Below, in pieces: positions 1 through 10,111 of a DNA stretch of 64,000 nucleotides. Within the stretch, counting starts at the first letter, position 1, and each line of letters begins with the position of its first letter. The stretch spans positions 68,140,001 through 68,204,000 of the forward strand of contig CM059438.1 of NCBI GenBank assembly GCA_030390025.1, in the 5' to 3' direction. Under the pieces are notes generated by a model, which was not told the DNA's origin, ran no database searches, and saw only the letters and a list, made by a program, of their open reading frames with translations. The stretch is from Squalus acanthias. Taxonomy: Eukaryota. A program made the translations under genes and the position numbers.

Positions 1-204
1 GTTAGTAAGCCACAGATGAAATGGTTCTGAGCGAATGCTGGTGGGGTGAGGAAGAGAATGGCTGGGAGTAAGGACAGGATGTTAATGGAAATGAGACAGA
101 GATCAACTTTGACTCAAAGCACAGTTTCAGGTTGTGATCAGGAAGAGGAACTGGGTTGGTACAGCTGACTGGCGAATAAACAAGACATCAGGTTTAATAG
201 ACTA

Positions 205-1500
205 ATTATTTTTATTTTATTTTATTTGTTTATGGGATGTGGACGTTGCTGGCAAGGCCAGCATTTATTGCCCATCCCGAATTGCTCTTGAGAAGGTGGT
301 GGTGAGCCGCCTTCTTGAACCGCTGCAGTCCGTGTGGTGAAGGTACTCCCACAGTGCTGTTAGGTAGGGAGTTCCAGGATTTTGACTCAGCGACGATGAA
401 GGAACGGCGATATACTTCTAAGTCAGGATGGTGTGTGACTTGGAGGGGAACTTAGAGGTGGTGGTGTTCCCATGCGTCTGCTGGCCTTGTCCTTCTAGGT
501 GGAAGAAGTCGCGGGTTTGGGAGGTGCTGCCGAAGAAGCCTTGGTGAGTTGCTGCAGAGCATTTTGTAGATGGTACACACTGCAGCCACGGTACGCCGGT
601 AGTGGAGGGAGTGAATGTTTAAGGTGGTGGAAGGAGTGCCAATCAAGCGGGCTGCTTTGTCCTGGATGGTGTCGAGCTTCTTGAGTGTTGTTGGAGCTGC
701 ACTCATCCAGGCAAGTGGAGAGTATTCCATCACACTCCTTACTTGTGCCTTGTAGATGGTGGAAAGGCTTTGGGGAGTCAGGAGGTGAGACACTTACCGC
801 AGAATACCTAGCCTCTGACCTGCTCTGGTTGCCACAGTATTTATGTGGCTGGTCCAGTTAAGTTTCTGGTCAATGGTGACCCCCAGGATATTGATGGTGG
901 GGGATTCAGCGATAGTAATGCCGTTGAATGTCAAGGGGAGGTTGTTAGACTCTCGCTTGTTGGAGATAGTCATTGCCTGGCACTTCTGTGGCGCGAATGT
1001 TACCTGCCACTTATCAGCCCAAGCCTGAACGTTGTCCAGGTCTTGTTGTATGCGGGCATGGACTGCATCATTATCTGAGGAGTTGCGAATGGCGCTGAAC
1101 ACTGTGCAGTCATCAGTGAACATCCCCATTTTTGGCCTTATGTTGGAGGGAAGGTTATCGATGAAGCAGCTGAAGATGGTTGGGCCTAGGACACTGCCCT
1201 GAGGAACTCCTGCAGCGATGTCCTGGGGCTGCGATGATTGACCTTCAACCACCACAACCATCTTCCTTTGTGCTAGGTATGACTCCAGCCAGTGGAGAGT
1301 TTTTCCCCCGATTCCCATTGACTTCAGTTTTACTAGGGCTCCTTGATGCCACACTCGGTCAAATGCTGCCTTGATGTCAAGGGCAGTCACTCTCATCTCA
1401 CCTCTGGAATTCAGCTCCTTTGTCCATGTTTGGACCAAGGCTGTAATGAGGTCGGGAGCCAAGCGGTCTTGGCGGAACCCAAACTGGGTATCAGTGAGCA
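205..1500 (-). mobile_element. 5'-truncated CR1-group non-LTR retrotransposon ('LINE-A'), RT pseudogene plus 3' tail
   Basis: ORFs 794-1630 and 452-793 (-) give QFGFR, ALDIKAAFDRVWH, GVPQGSVLGP, MFTDD, WADKWQVTF, split by an in-frame TAA at 794-796. A (TAAAA)n-like tail lies at ~205-230. Confidence 0.9.
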
Positions 1501-1799
1501 AGGAATACAAGGGCTTGTAGCTTGAAGTTCTAGATCTTGAGCAAGGATGTCCATTCCTTCTGCCTTTACTGACACAATATTGAAACCAGTCTGTAGTGAT
1601 TAGAAAATGTTTTGTTCGAATATGCAGCATTAACTAAGAGCTACACAATGTGCTTTAGTCATTTCAAACTCCTTGGCGGTATGCATGACTTAGCAGTGAA
1701 GGTCAATCTCAGGAACTTCACAGTTTGTCTGCTTGTGTCACTGACCCGATCTCTTCATCTCTCTACCTTACATCCCTGCTGGCCTCTCTTCTTCCAAAC

Positions 1800-2090
1800 A
1801 CACTGATTCCTGTTGGGTTTAGACTGCACCGGGGCAGACAGCTGCCTTAAGCCTCCATTCTTTGCAGTGGCCTTCAGGCTATTAGTCAGGCTGATCGTGG
1901 GCTTAGTTGATGTCCACACAAGCACATTTTCCAATTGGAATGGGAACTCTGGTGATTTACTTCCCTTTCCTGGCACAGGGGTACAGAGGCTGATTGTAGC
2001 GGTATACCTTCCATCCCAGCTGAGATCAGCAAACATAACGCAGACCAGGAACTGAACCTGGGACCTAATTTCCTGCATAGCTTAATACTA
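1800..2090 (-). mobile_element. Decayed DeuSINE-like (SacSINE1/AmnSINE1-type) SINE
   Basis: The reverse complement has a GGTCCCAGGTTCAGTTCC box-B-like head and GCTGATCTCAGCTGGG, shared with copies at 15.9-16.1 and 26.0-26.3 kb. Family recognised from memory. Confidence 0.55.
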
Positions 2091-2764
2091 CTTCTCTCGC
2101 AGCAATTACCCAAAAAGCTATTGGGAACCTGATCCAACGTGAGTGTATTGGATTGGTTTTGCAGAACCTTGATGTGAGAAATGGAGCAGAGGTGAGAAGA
2201 TTTAGAAACTGATTTAACTGAATTTTAAACTATCCATGCAATAATGTTTGGAATTAATATTCTGCTGCATTTTTCAATTCTGATGTGATTTGCATGTATT
2301 TATCAGCAGAATATACTGAGATATAAACAGAATGATTTTAGTCAGGTAACCATACTAACTACACTTTATTTCTGGATTATATTATAACATGTCATGAAAG
2401 CACGACTATCTTTAAAGTTAATGTTGTACACCCCCTTCCATCTCACTTTCATCTGCACATACAAGACACTGGCCTGTATCTTAAAGATTCCCAATAAGTA
2501 GTCTTCCATTTTATGCCCAGCAGGACAAATCTGCTTGCATCTTCACACTCTTTAGTTGAAAATCAACCAAGTTCCAAGATGTTGGCTGAACCAAATATTG
2601 CATGCTCTTCTCTGAGCTTCCCTGAAGGATATTACAGCCATGGAATGAGCACAATGAAAATTCACTAAAATGATACCAGGACTGAGAGGTTACAGTTATG
2701 AAGAAATGCTTAAAAAATGTGGGCTTTTTTCACTGGAGCTGAGAAGGTAAAAGGGGATCTAGAT

Positions 2765-3519
2765 GGGCTGGATTTTGTCTTGGGGTCGGGTTGGGGTCGT
2801 GTGATCCGCATTTCGTGTTGTCCCCCCGACTCCAGATTAATGTGGATGAATGATGCAATTTTAACTTAATTGGGCAATTGAGTTCCAGCATGTGGGAACC
2901 CATGAACCAATTAGTGGTTTGAGTCTGAAAGTCGCCTCTGATGATGTCATCATTGCAGAGACTGCCTGGTCTCAGAGATTGCCTGGCCTTTGCTGTGAGT
3001 GGACCTGGATGCAAAATGAGCATCAGCAGGACAGACAGAGAGAGAGAGAGAGAGAGATTTTTTTTTTCCATCCAGGTCCTCTCACAGCAAGGCCAGGCAG
3101 TCTCTCAGCAGCATCAGAGGCGACTTTCAGACCTAATACCTTCATCACAATACTACTACTACCTTCATCACATCTCTGTTGTAATAGTGGACCTGCAGCC
3201 GATAGTCAGCTATCCACTTGTGCTCCCGATAGGTTTCACTGGAGTGTTTCACATCAGGCGTACTTCACGTCGGAAAAGGGTTAAACTAGATAAAACGTTT
3301 CAAAATGGCATTACAGAACCAATTTAGGGCTTGTTAAGGGCTTTAATGGCCTCTCCCGCCTCTTGGAGGTGGGACGGAGTCGGGAACCCCGCGACTGATT
3401 TTGTCAAAATTGCGTGGAGGTGGGATGGAGTTGGGATGGGGTCGGGACCCCTGAATCTGCTACTTTAACCCCCCACACGCCTCCAAACCCGACTCCACAG
3501 GGCATTCAAAATCCAGCCC
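2765..3519. mobile_element. Harbinger-type MITE (TIR GGGCTGGATTTT)
   Basis: Perfect 12-bp TIRs GGGCTGGATTTT...AAAATCCAGCCC with AT on both sides. Interior homologous (inverted) to 53024-53693. Confidence 0.85.
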
Positions 3520-3900
3520 ATAGAGTCATCCGGCACAGAAGGAGGCCATTCAGCCCATCGAGTCTGTGCTGGCTCTCTGTAGAGCAATCCAGTCAATCCC
3601 ATTCCCCCGCTCTATCCCAGTAGCCCTGCAAGTTTATTTCCCTCAAGTGCCTATCCAGTCTCCCCTTGAAAACATTGAGTGTCTCCGCTTCCACCACTTC
3701 AGTCGGCAGCGAATTCCAGGTCATCACCACTCACTGCGTAAAATCTTTTTCCTCACTTCCCCCCTGTATCTCTTGCCCAAAACCTTAAATCTGTGTCCCC
3801 TAGTCCTTGTACCATCAAATAGTGGGAACAGCCTTTCCCCGTCTAGCCTATCCAAACCCGTCATAATCTTGTACACCTCTATCAAATCACCTCTCAATCT
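3520..3900 (-). mobile_element. CR1 3' end with (GACTCTAT)n tail
   Basis: ORF 3724-3915 reads RLRGDLIEVYKIM..RTRGH; typical CR1 3' UTR and octamer tail. Confidence 0.9.
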
Positions 3901-4289
3901 AATAGAGACTTTCAAAATTCTACAAGGTTATTAGAGTGTAAATAGTAAAAGATTGTTTCCGCTGGCTGGTAAATTTGTAACAAGGGAGCACTGACTGAGG
4001 ACCATCCCCAGAAGAATGAAGGCGAGACTTGGAAGTTTTTTTCATCTGGTGGATTATTGGAACCTGGAATACTTTATCTCCTTGTACAGAAAGGGATTCT
4101 CTATAACTCGCACTGCTGACAAGCTAAGAACTATCATTTGGGGAAAGATTCAAGCTAAATTTATTCTTTAAAAAGGAATGATTACAAAGGTAGAAGCAGA
4201 AAGCAGTTTGGGATTTTTAATTCCTGTTTGTTCAACTGAATTATTTTTAGTTGTGCTGATGTTTGAATGAAGTCCTGATGGCATGCTAC

Positions 4290-4590
4290 ATTAGTTAAGG
4301 TACTGTCTTTCGGATGAGGTGCTGAACTAAGATCCTAACACCCAGCTCGGATGGGCTGAGGATCCCATGGCATTAAGAGGATCAGGGGGTTCTCCCAATG
4401 TCTAGGCCAACATTCTTCTCTCCAACAAAAACACCATTAATTGGTCATTTATGTGTGCGTAGTGGCTGTCATATTTACCTACATAACGGCAGTGACTGCA
4501 CTTCAAAAATGAATTCATTTGTGTGTGAAACTCTCTGGGACATTTCTAAGAGAAAATATAAATGCAGATTTGTTCTTTTTCTTTTCTTTG
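4290..4590 (+). mobile_element. Decayed tRNA-derived SINE with L2-type tail
   Basis: Similar to the reverse complement of 4921-5385 (GTCTTTCGGATGAG, GACTGCACTTCAAAA, TATAAATGCA plus T-rich tail). Confidence 0.65.
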
Positions 4591-4669
4591 AAGTCAAATT
4601 GACTGCATTCTTGCTGAATGGTTGATTAGGAATGTGCAAACCTTTTGAACGCTATCATGGATGTATTTA

Positions 4670-5580
4670 AACCATTCTCAGGATGTGGGTGTCGCTGGCA
4701 AGGCCATTATTTATTGACAATCTGTAGTTGCCCTTGAGAAGGCGCTGGTGGGCCTTCTTCTTGATCCACTGCAGTTTGTATTCTTTGTAGTGATTTAAAG
4801 CAACTGAATGGCTTGCTAGGCCACTTCAGAGGGCGGTTAAAAGTGAACCATGCTGGTGTGAGAATGGAGTCATATGTAAGCCAGACCAGATAAGAATGGC
4901 AGGTTTCCTTCCCTAAAGTAAAAAGAAAGGAAGACTTGCTTTTTTATATAGCGCCTTTCACGACAACCGGATGTCCCAAAGCGCTTCACAGCCAATGAAG
5001 TCATTTTTGAAGTGTAGTTACTGTTGTAATGTACCAGCCAATTTGCGCATAGCAAGCTCCCACAAACAGCAATGTGATAATGACCAGATAATCTGTTTTA
5101 GTAATATCGATTCAGGGATAAATATTGGCCAGGACACCAGGGATAATTCCCCATCTCTTCTTCGAAATAGTGCCATGGTATCTTTTACATCCACCTGCGA
5201 GGGCAGACAGGGCCTCAGTTTAACATCTCATCTGAATGACGGCACCTCGGACAGTGCAGCACTCCCTCAGTACTGCACTGGAGTGTCTGTTTTGATTTTG
5301 TGCTCAAGTTTCTGGAGTGGGACTTGAATCCACAACCTTCTGACTCAGAGGTGATGGTGCTACCCACTGAGCCACGGCTGACACAGTACATTAATGAACC
5401 AGTTGGTGTTTTACAACAATTGACAGTTTCATAATCATTTTACTGGTACCATCTTTTTATTTTCAGCTTTTTAAAAAATGATTTCAAATTCTCAAACTGC
5501 CATGGTGGGACTTGAACTCACGTTCTCTGGATTCTTAGTCTAGGCCTCTAGATTACTCGTCCAGTAACGTAACCACTGCA
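4670..5580 (-). mobile_element. tRNA-head SINE whose 3' tail matches LINE-A, split by a second SINE
   Basis: Head at ~5505-5580 with box-B-like GAGTTCAAGTCCC. Tail 4680-4775 matches 235-330. Confidence 0.7.
4921..5385 (-). mobile_element. Full-length tRNA-derived SINE with L2-type tail (LF-SINE-like)
   Basis: Box A TGGCTCAGTGGG and box B GGATTCAAGTCCC on the minus strand; 3' end GCGCTATATAAA..(TTTC)n. Related copies at 16.1-17.3, 25.7 and 30.2 kb. Confidence 0.85.
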
Positions 5581-6585
5581 TATTCTGGTTTTGTTAGTTT
5601 TCTTAATAATACTTCTTAAATTGGATAGATAAAGATCAGTTTATTCAAAGTTAACGGTAAAATTGCTCAATTGACATATGGACAAAGTAGTTTGGTGCTA
5701 TTCAGTAGCAGGATGCAGGGTTGCAACTGCAGTTCCCTACAAAACAAGTCCCTCATCTTAATTTTTCCACCAAGAAGACACAACAAGCAGATATTTGGCA
5801 CTTCCTATTGGCAGGATGGGAATTCTGTGTGAGTCAACCTGGGCCCAGCTGCTGGAGTTTGAGTTAGAATGGTGTTGGGAGAGGCCTACTGTAGGAATGC
5901 TTTCTCATCACCCTGGCGAGGGAATGCTCACAGAAGGAGCAGAAAGAAATAGAAATTTTAAAATGGGGACATGATAAATTGAGCTGTGACTGATTAAACT
6001 GATTTGTGCCCATACATATTCATTCACCGTATCTGAAGAAAGTTTGAACTCTGAACTCCCCTTCTCTCTGTTCAAGTATGAACAAAGGGTGGATCAACTT
6101 CAAGCATACAAATACACTCCCCTTTGTTTGAGCACCGTGTTTAAGGACACTGAGTCTCATATTGCATTTGAGTGTAATTCAATCTATCAGATCAGTCGAC
6201 TCAGGCTGGATTGATTTGGCCTGCTGTGAATGCTGATGTGCATCTTTATTTTTTTCTTCTGTTCTCTCATGTCAGCAGATGTGTTCATTTACTGATCCAG
6301 CAAGGTAGTCAAATCTGATTAGTTCAATGTAAGCATAGTTGGAGGTCAAATTGAGATCAGGCTTTTCATCAACCAACACAATAACTACAGAAGAGTAAGG
6401 CTCTGAATCCCAGCCACTGGACCTGGACATGCATTTGGTGCATAGCCTTGGACAGCTGACCAGCTGCATGAAGAACCATATATAGATTCTCAGGTGACCT
6501 CTGGTGAAAAATGATCAGTAAACTATCAGGGGTTTTGATTAGGGTAGATAATGAGAAACTATTTCCACTGGCAGAAGGATTGATA

Positions 6586-6718
6586 TGATGCGGAGATGCC
6601 GGTGTTGGACTGGGGTGGACAAAATTGAGAGGTCGCACAACACCAGGTTATAGTCCAACAGTTTTATTTGAAATCACAAGCTTTCGGAGCTATCGATCGG
6701 CCCTTCCTCAGGTGAAGT
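6586..6718 (-). mobile_element. Penelope-like family 2 pLTR end
   Basis: Same sequence as 20049-20121/21015-21070 and 42040-42133; carries a hammerhead core. Confidence 0.75.
6674..6715 (-). ncRNA. Minimal hammerhead ribozyme (PLE family 2)
   Basis: TCAC-CTGAGGA-stem II-GAAA-GCTT-GTGA; stem I pairs TCAC with GTGA. Confidence 0.65.
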
Positions 6719-7002
6719 AGTTTTAACCAGAGGACACAGATTTGAGGTAATTGGCAAAAGAGCCAGAGGAGAGAGTGGGAGAAAGTTTTTTTAACGCAGC
6801 GAGTTGTGACCTGGAATGCGCTGCCTGAGAGTGTGGTGGAAGCAGATTCAATAGTAACTTTCTAAAGGGAATTAAATAAATGCTTGAAGGGGAGAGCATT
6901 GCAGGCTTATAGGGAAAGAGCAAGGGAGTGGGATGAATTGGATAGCTCTTTCAAAGAGGCATAATGGACTGAATGGCATCCTTCTCTGCAGTAAGATTGT
7001 AC

Positions 7003-7640
7003 GTGGATGTCAGGTGAGAATAGGATCAGATTAATTGCCAATTCCCTTTATGGGGAATAACTGGTTGTTCACCAAGGTTCAAACATGAAGCTTAACCACT
7101 TGGGCAAGGTGATGAAGCAACTGTGGCACTGTACCCCATCGCCTGTGGAACTGTACCCCATCGCCTGTGGAACTGTACCCCATCGCCTGTGAAACTGTAC
7201 CCCATCGCCTGTGGCACTGTACCCCATCGCCTGTGGAACTGTACCCCATCGCCTGTGGAACTGTACCCCATCGCCTGTGGAATTGTACCCCATTGCCTGT
7301 GGAACTGTACCCCATCGCCTGTGGAACACTGCCCCATCGCCTGTGGAACTCTACCCCATCGCCTGTGGAACTCTACCCCATCGCCTGTGGAACTGTACCC
7401 CATCGCCTGTGGAACTCTACCCCATCGCCTGTGGAACTCTACCCAATCGCCTGTGGAACTCTACCCCATCGCCTGTGGAATTGTACCCCATCGCCTGTGG
7501 AACTCTACCCCATCGCCTGTGGAACTCTACCCCATCGCCTGTGGAACTGTACCCCATCGCCTGTGGTACTGTATCCCATCGCCTGTGGAACTGTACCCCA
7601 TCGCCTGTGGAACTCTACCCCATTGCCTTCAGGAGGAAAG
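7003..7640 (+). mobile_element. DeuSINE-like 3' part containing an expanded minisatellite
   Basis: GATGTCAGGTGAGAATAGGATC..ACATGAAG..CCACTTGGGCAAGGT..GCCTTCAGGAG, homologous to the reverse complement of 10920-11003. Confidence 0.6.
7121..7628 (+). repeat. 22-bp minisatellite (CTGTGGAACTGTACCCCATCGC) x ~23
   Basis: Head-to-tail units with point variants (CTGTAC/CTCTAC) and no spacers. Confidence 0.97.
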
Positions 7641-7688
7641 TGGAAAACTGGCCAAAAGAAATGTCAATACAAGTAACATAGAGTCATA

Positions 7689-8545
7689 GGCAGCGATCTT
7701 ACCTGAGGAGGCATGTTGGGAGTGGGACTGCTGGTTTCCAGGTTCTAGTCCCACCATCCCCAGCAATGTCTGACGACCAAAAGCTATTTTCCCTTGATTG
7801 GCCTTGTTAAGCCCGCCCTGTGGGCTTGCCGGCCAATTAAGGGAAAGCTGGTGTCAGATGACGCCAGTGCATGACGCTTCATCTGCCAGTTTTCTTAAAG
7901 GGACAGGCCCCATAATTTTTTGACAGATGAATTGTCTGTGTTTGACAGCATTGAGGTGCTGTCAAACACTGACAATCACTGTCCAAAGGTGAGCCCTTTC
8001 ACCCAGGCTCTCCAATTACTCTCTCCTTAGGAGGAAAACAGATGGCAGCTGCATGTGAGATTGCTGAAGCCATCTGTCAATTCTCATGATCAGATGAGGC
8101 TTCACAGAAATCTTGTCACCTGCAGATACATATAAACAGAATAAAAATATGTCTCACTACATTCTCTCACCTGTCATACTTACCTGTGCACCATTGCACC
8201 CATCACACTACCTCTGCAGCTGTCATTTGCACACTTACACTGCAGCAGACCCACAGCTCGCCTCGCTGACACTGGCGGGTTTTCCCGCCGTCGGGAAGCC
8301 CGCATCAGCAGGCTGAAAATGGGGAAAAGCCTCTTAGCTGCCTGTTAACTAACAGGCAGTTAATTGGCTCTAATCCCCTTCCCACTGCTAGGAGACGGGT
8401 CCCTGCACGAGTCGGGGACTCACCTCCCAGGAAGATGGTTCGGAGGCGGGTTGGGAGTGGGTTTGGAACCCACTCCCAATTTTTCCAATTTTCCCAGCAG
8501 TCCCGCCTCCAAACCCGCCTCCTCGGGGCTGGTAAAAGCCAGCCC
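7689..8545. mobile_element. Harbinger-type MITE, degenerate TIRs
   Basis: Ends GGCAGCGATCTTACC...GGTAAAAGCCAGCCC. Interior homologous (inverted) to 47333-48208. Flanked by (CATAGAGT) units. Confidence 0.7.
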
Positions 8546-8556
8546 TCAGAGTCATA

Positions 8557-9402
8557 GAGCTGGATTTTCATTGACCCGTGGAGGCGGGTTTGGAGGCGTG
8601 TGGGGGGTTAAAGTTGCAGATTCGGGGGTCCCGAACCCATCCCACCCCCCCAACCTGCCTCCATGCCAGTTTCGCTGGAGGCGGGTGCCCGACCTGTGCT
8701 GGGACCCGCCTCCCCGAGGCGGGAAGGGGATTAGTGGCAATAAACTGCCTGTTAACAGGTAGTTAACAGGCAGTTTTTTGCCTAATCTCTATTTTGATTC
8801 TTGAAATGTGGGCTTCCCAACAGGTCCCAACCACGCCAAGTTAGCGAGGCAGACCGTGGGTCTGCAGGGGTTGGAGGGGTCGATATGTCCGGTGGGCAGG
8901 TGAGTGATGAGTGCATGTGTGCAGAGGTAAGTGTGTAAGGTAAGTGTAAAGTGTAGCAAAACGTTTTACTTACCTTAACTTCCTCCTGCAGGTGTCAGCC
9001 CTTCAGTTCTCGGGAGTCAGAAATCTCACCGGCACAGAAAGCAGAAAGGCCGTGGTGCTGTCAAAAACTGCAGCCTTTGTTTTCTGTGCTGGAATGATTT
9101 CTAACTCAGCCTGAGAGGAAGGACTCAAGTTAGAAGACAGATTGTCAGTGTTTGACAGCTTCACAGAGCTGTCAAACGCTGATATTTCATCTGTCAAAAG
9201 CTCTTGACAGATAAAATGTCAATCTATGACATCACCTGTTGCCGGGTGGCCCTTAATTGGCCTGCTGAGCTCGCTGGGCGGGCTCAACAAGGTCAATCAA
9301 GTGAAAATGCAGTGGGTTGGCCACAAGTTGATGGAGGCGGGACTACAACCCAAAAAGTGGGAGTCCCACCTCCATCACGTCCCCAGTATCAAAATCCAGC
9401 CC
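8557..9402. mobile_element. Harbinger-type MITE
   Basis: TIRs GAGCTGGATTTT...AAAATCCAGCCC; 3-bp TSD ATA (8554-8556 and 9403-9405). Confidence 0.88.
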
Positions 9403-9784
9403 ATAGAGTCATACGGCACAGAAGGAGGCCATTCGGCCCATCGATTCCGTGCCGGTTCTCTGTAGAGCAATCCAGTCAGTCCCATTCCCCCGCTCTATCC
9501 CCATAGCACTGCAAGTTTATTTCCCTCACGTGCCTATCCAGTCTTCCCTTGAAAACATTGAGTGTCTCCTCTTCCACCACTTCCATCAGCAGTGAGTTCC
9601 AGGTCATCACCACTCACTGTGTAAAAAAGTTTTTCCTCACGTCCCCCTGTATCTCTTGCCCAAAACCTTAAATCTGTGTCCCCTAGTCCTTGTACCATCA
9701 ACTAGTGGGAACAGCCTTTCCCCGTCTATCCTATCCAAACTCGTCATAATCTTGTACACCTCTATCAAATCTACCCTCAACCTC

Positions 9785-10111
9785 TAATACAGCATTGAGT
9801 TAAACAATTTCAAACTATAACCCTTGCCCCCATTTTTCATGCGGTATGATTTTGCCATTCCCATTTGCAACATTTTATCTTTCCTGCCACTTACATGAGC
9901 GCAGTATATTCCTTTAATTCCTTCCTCCCCTCCCACCGCCGCCCCCCCCCCCCCCGCCCCCCCGCTGTCTCTGCACCTGTTTAATATCTGTTACATCTCC
10001 AGCTTTTTCCAGTTCTGATGAAGGGTCCCAGACCTGAAACGTTAACTCTGTTTCTCTCTCCACGGATGCTGCCTGGCCTGCTGAGTGTTTCCAACGTTTT
10101 CTGTTGTTATT
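9785..10111 (+). mobile_element. Penelope-like family 1 3' end / pLTR
   Basis: Starts with an IELNNFKL* ORF end homologous to 14698-14725. Flanking duplication CCCTCAACCTC (9774-9784 and 10116-10126). Confidence 0.85.
10011..10047 (+). ncRNA. Minimal hammerhead ribozyme (PLE family 1)
   Basis: AGTT-CTGATGA-AGGGTCCCAGACCT-GAAA-CGTT-AACT. Confidence 0.75.

Larger units (their letters stand above)
2660..4200 (+). mobile_element. Old CR1 3' fragment interrupted at 2762-3895 by a MITE and an antisense CR1
   Basis: FTKMIPGLRGYSYEE..RR*KGDL (to 2761) resumes as LIETFKILQG at ~3899. ATCTA is duplicated at both junctions. Confidence 0.7.
6480..7000 (+). mobile_element. CR1 3' fragment interrupted by a Penelope pLTR fragment
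   Basis: GDL..RVDNEKLFPLAEG, then TRGHRFEVIGKR after the insertion, followed by a CR1 3' UTR. Confidence 0.75.

Noticed and set aside
2941..3327. ORF shared with 53216-53773 (..RRKRVK..FQNGI)
   Set aside because: About 50 codons are colinear, but most differences are non-synonymous and conservation falls in DNA blocks such as CAAAATGGC. This fits non-coding motifs inside a MITE.
5310..5385. tRNA gene
   Set aside because: The A/B boxes are the head of a multi-copy SINE with a body and an L2-type tail.
7069..7689. CRISPR-like array or repetitive protein ORFs
   Set aside because: The units are contiguous with no unique spacers and no cas genes. The ORFs arise from a stop-free 22-bp unit.
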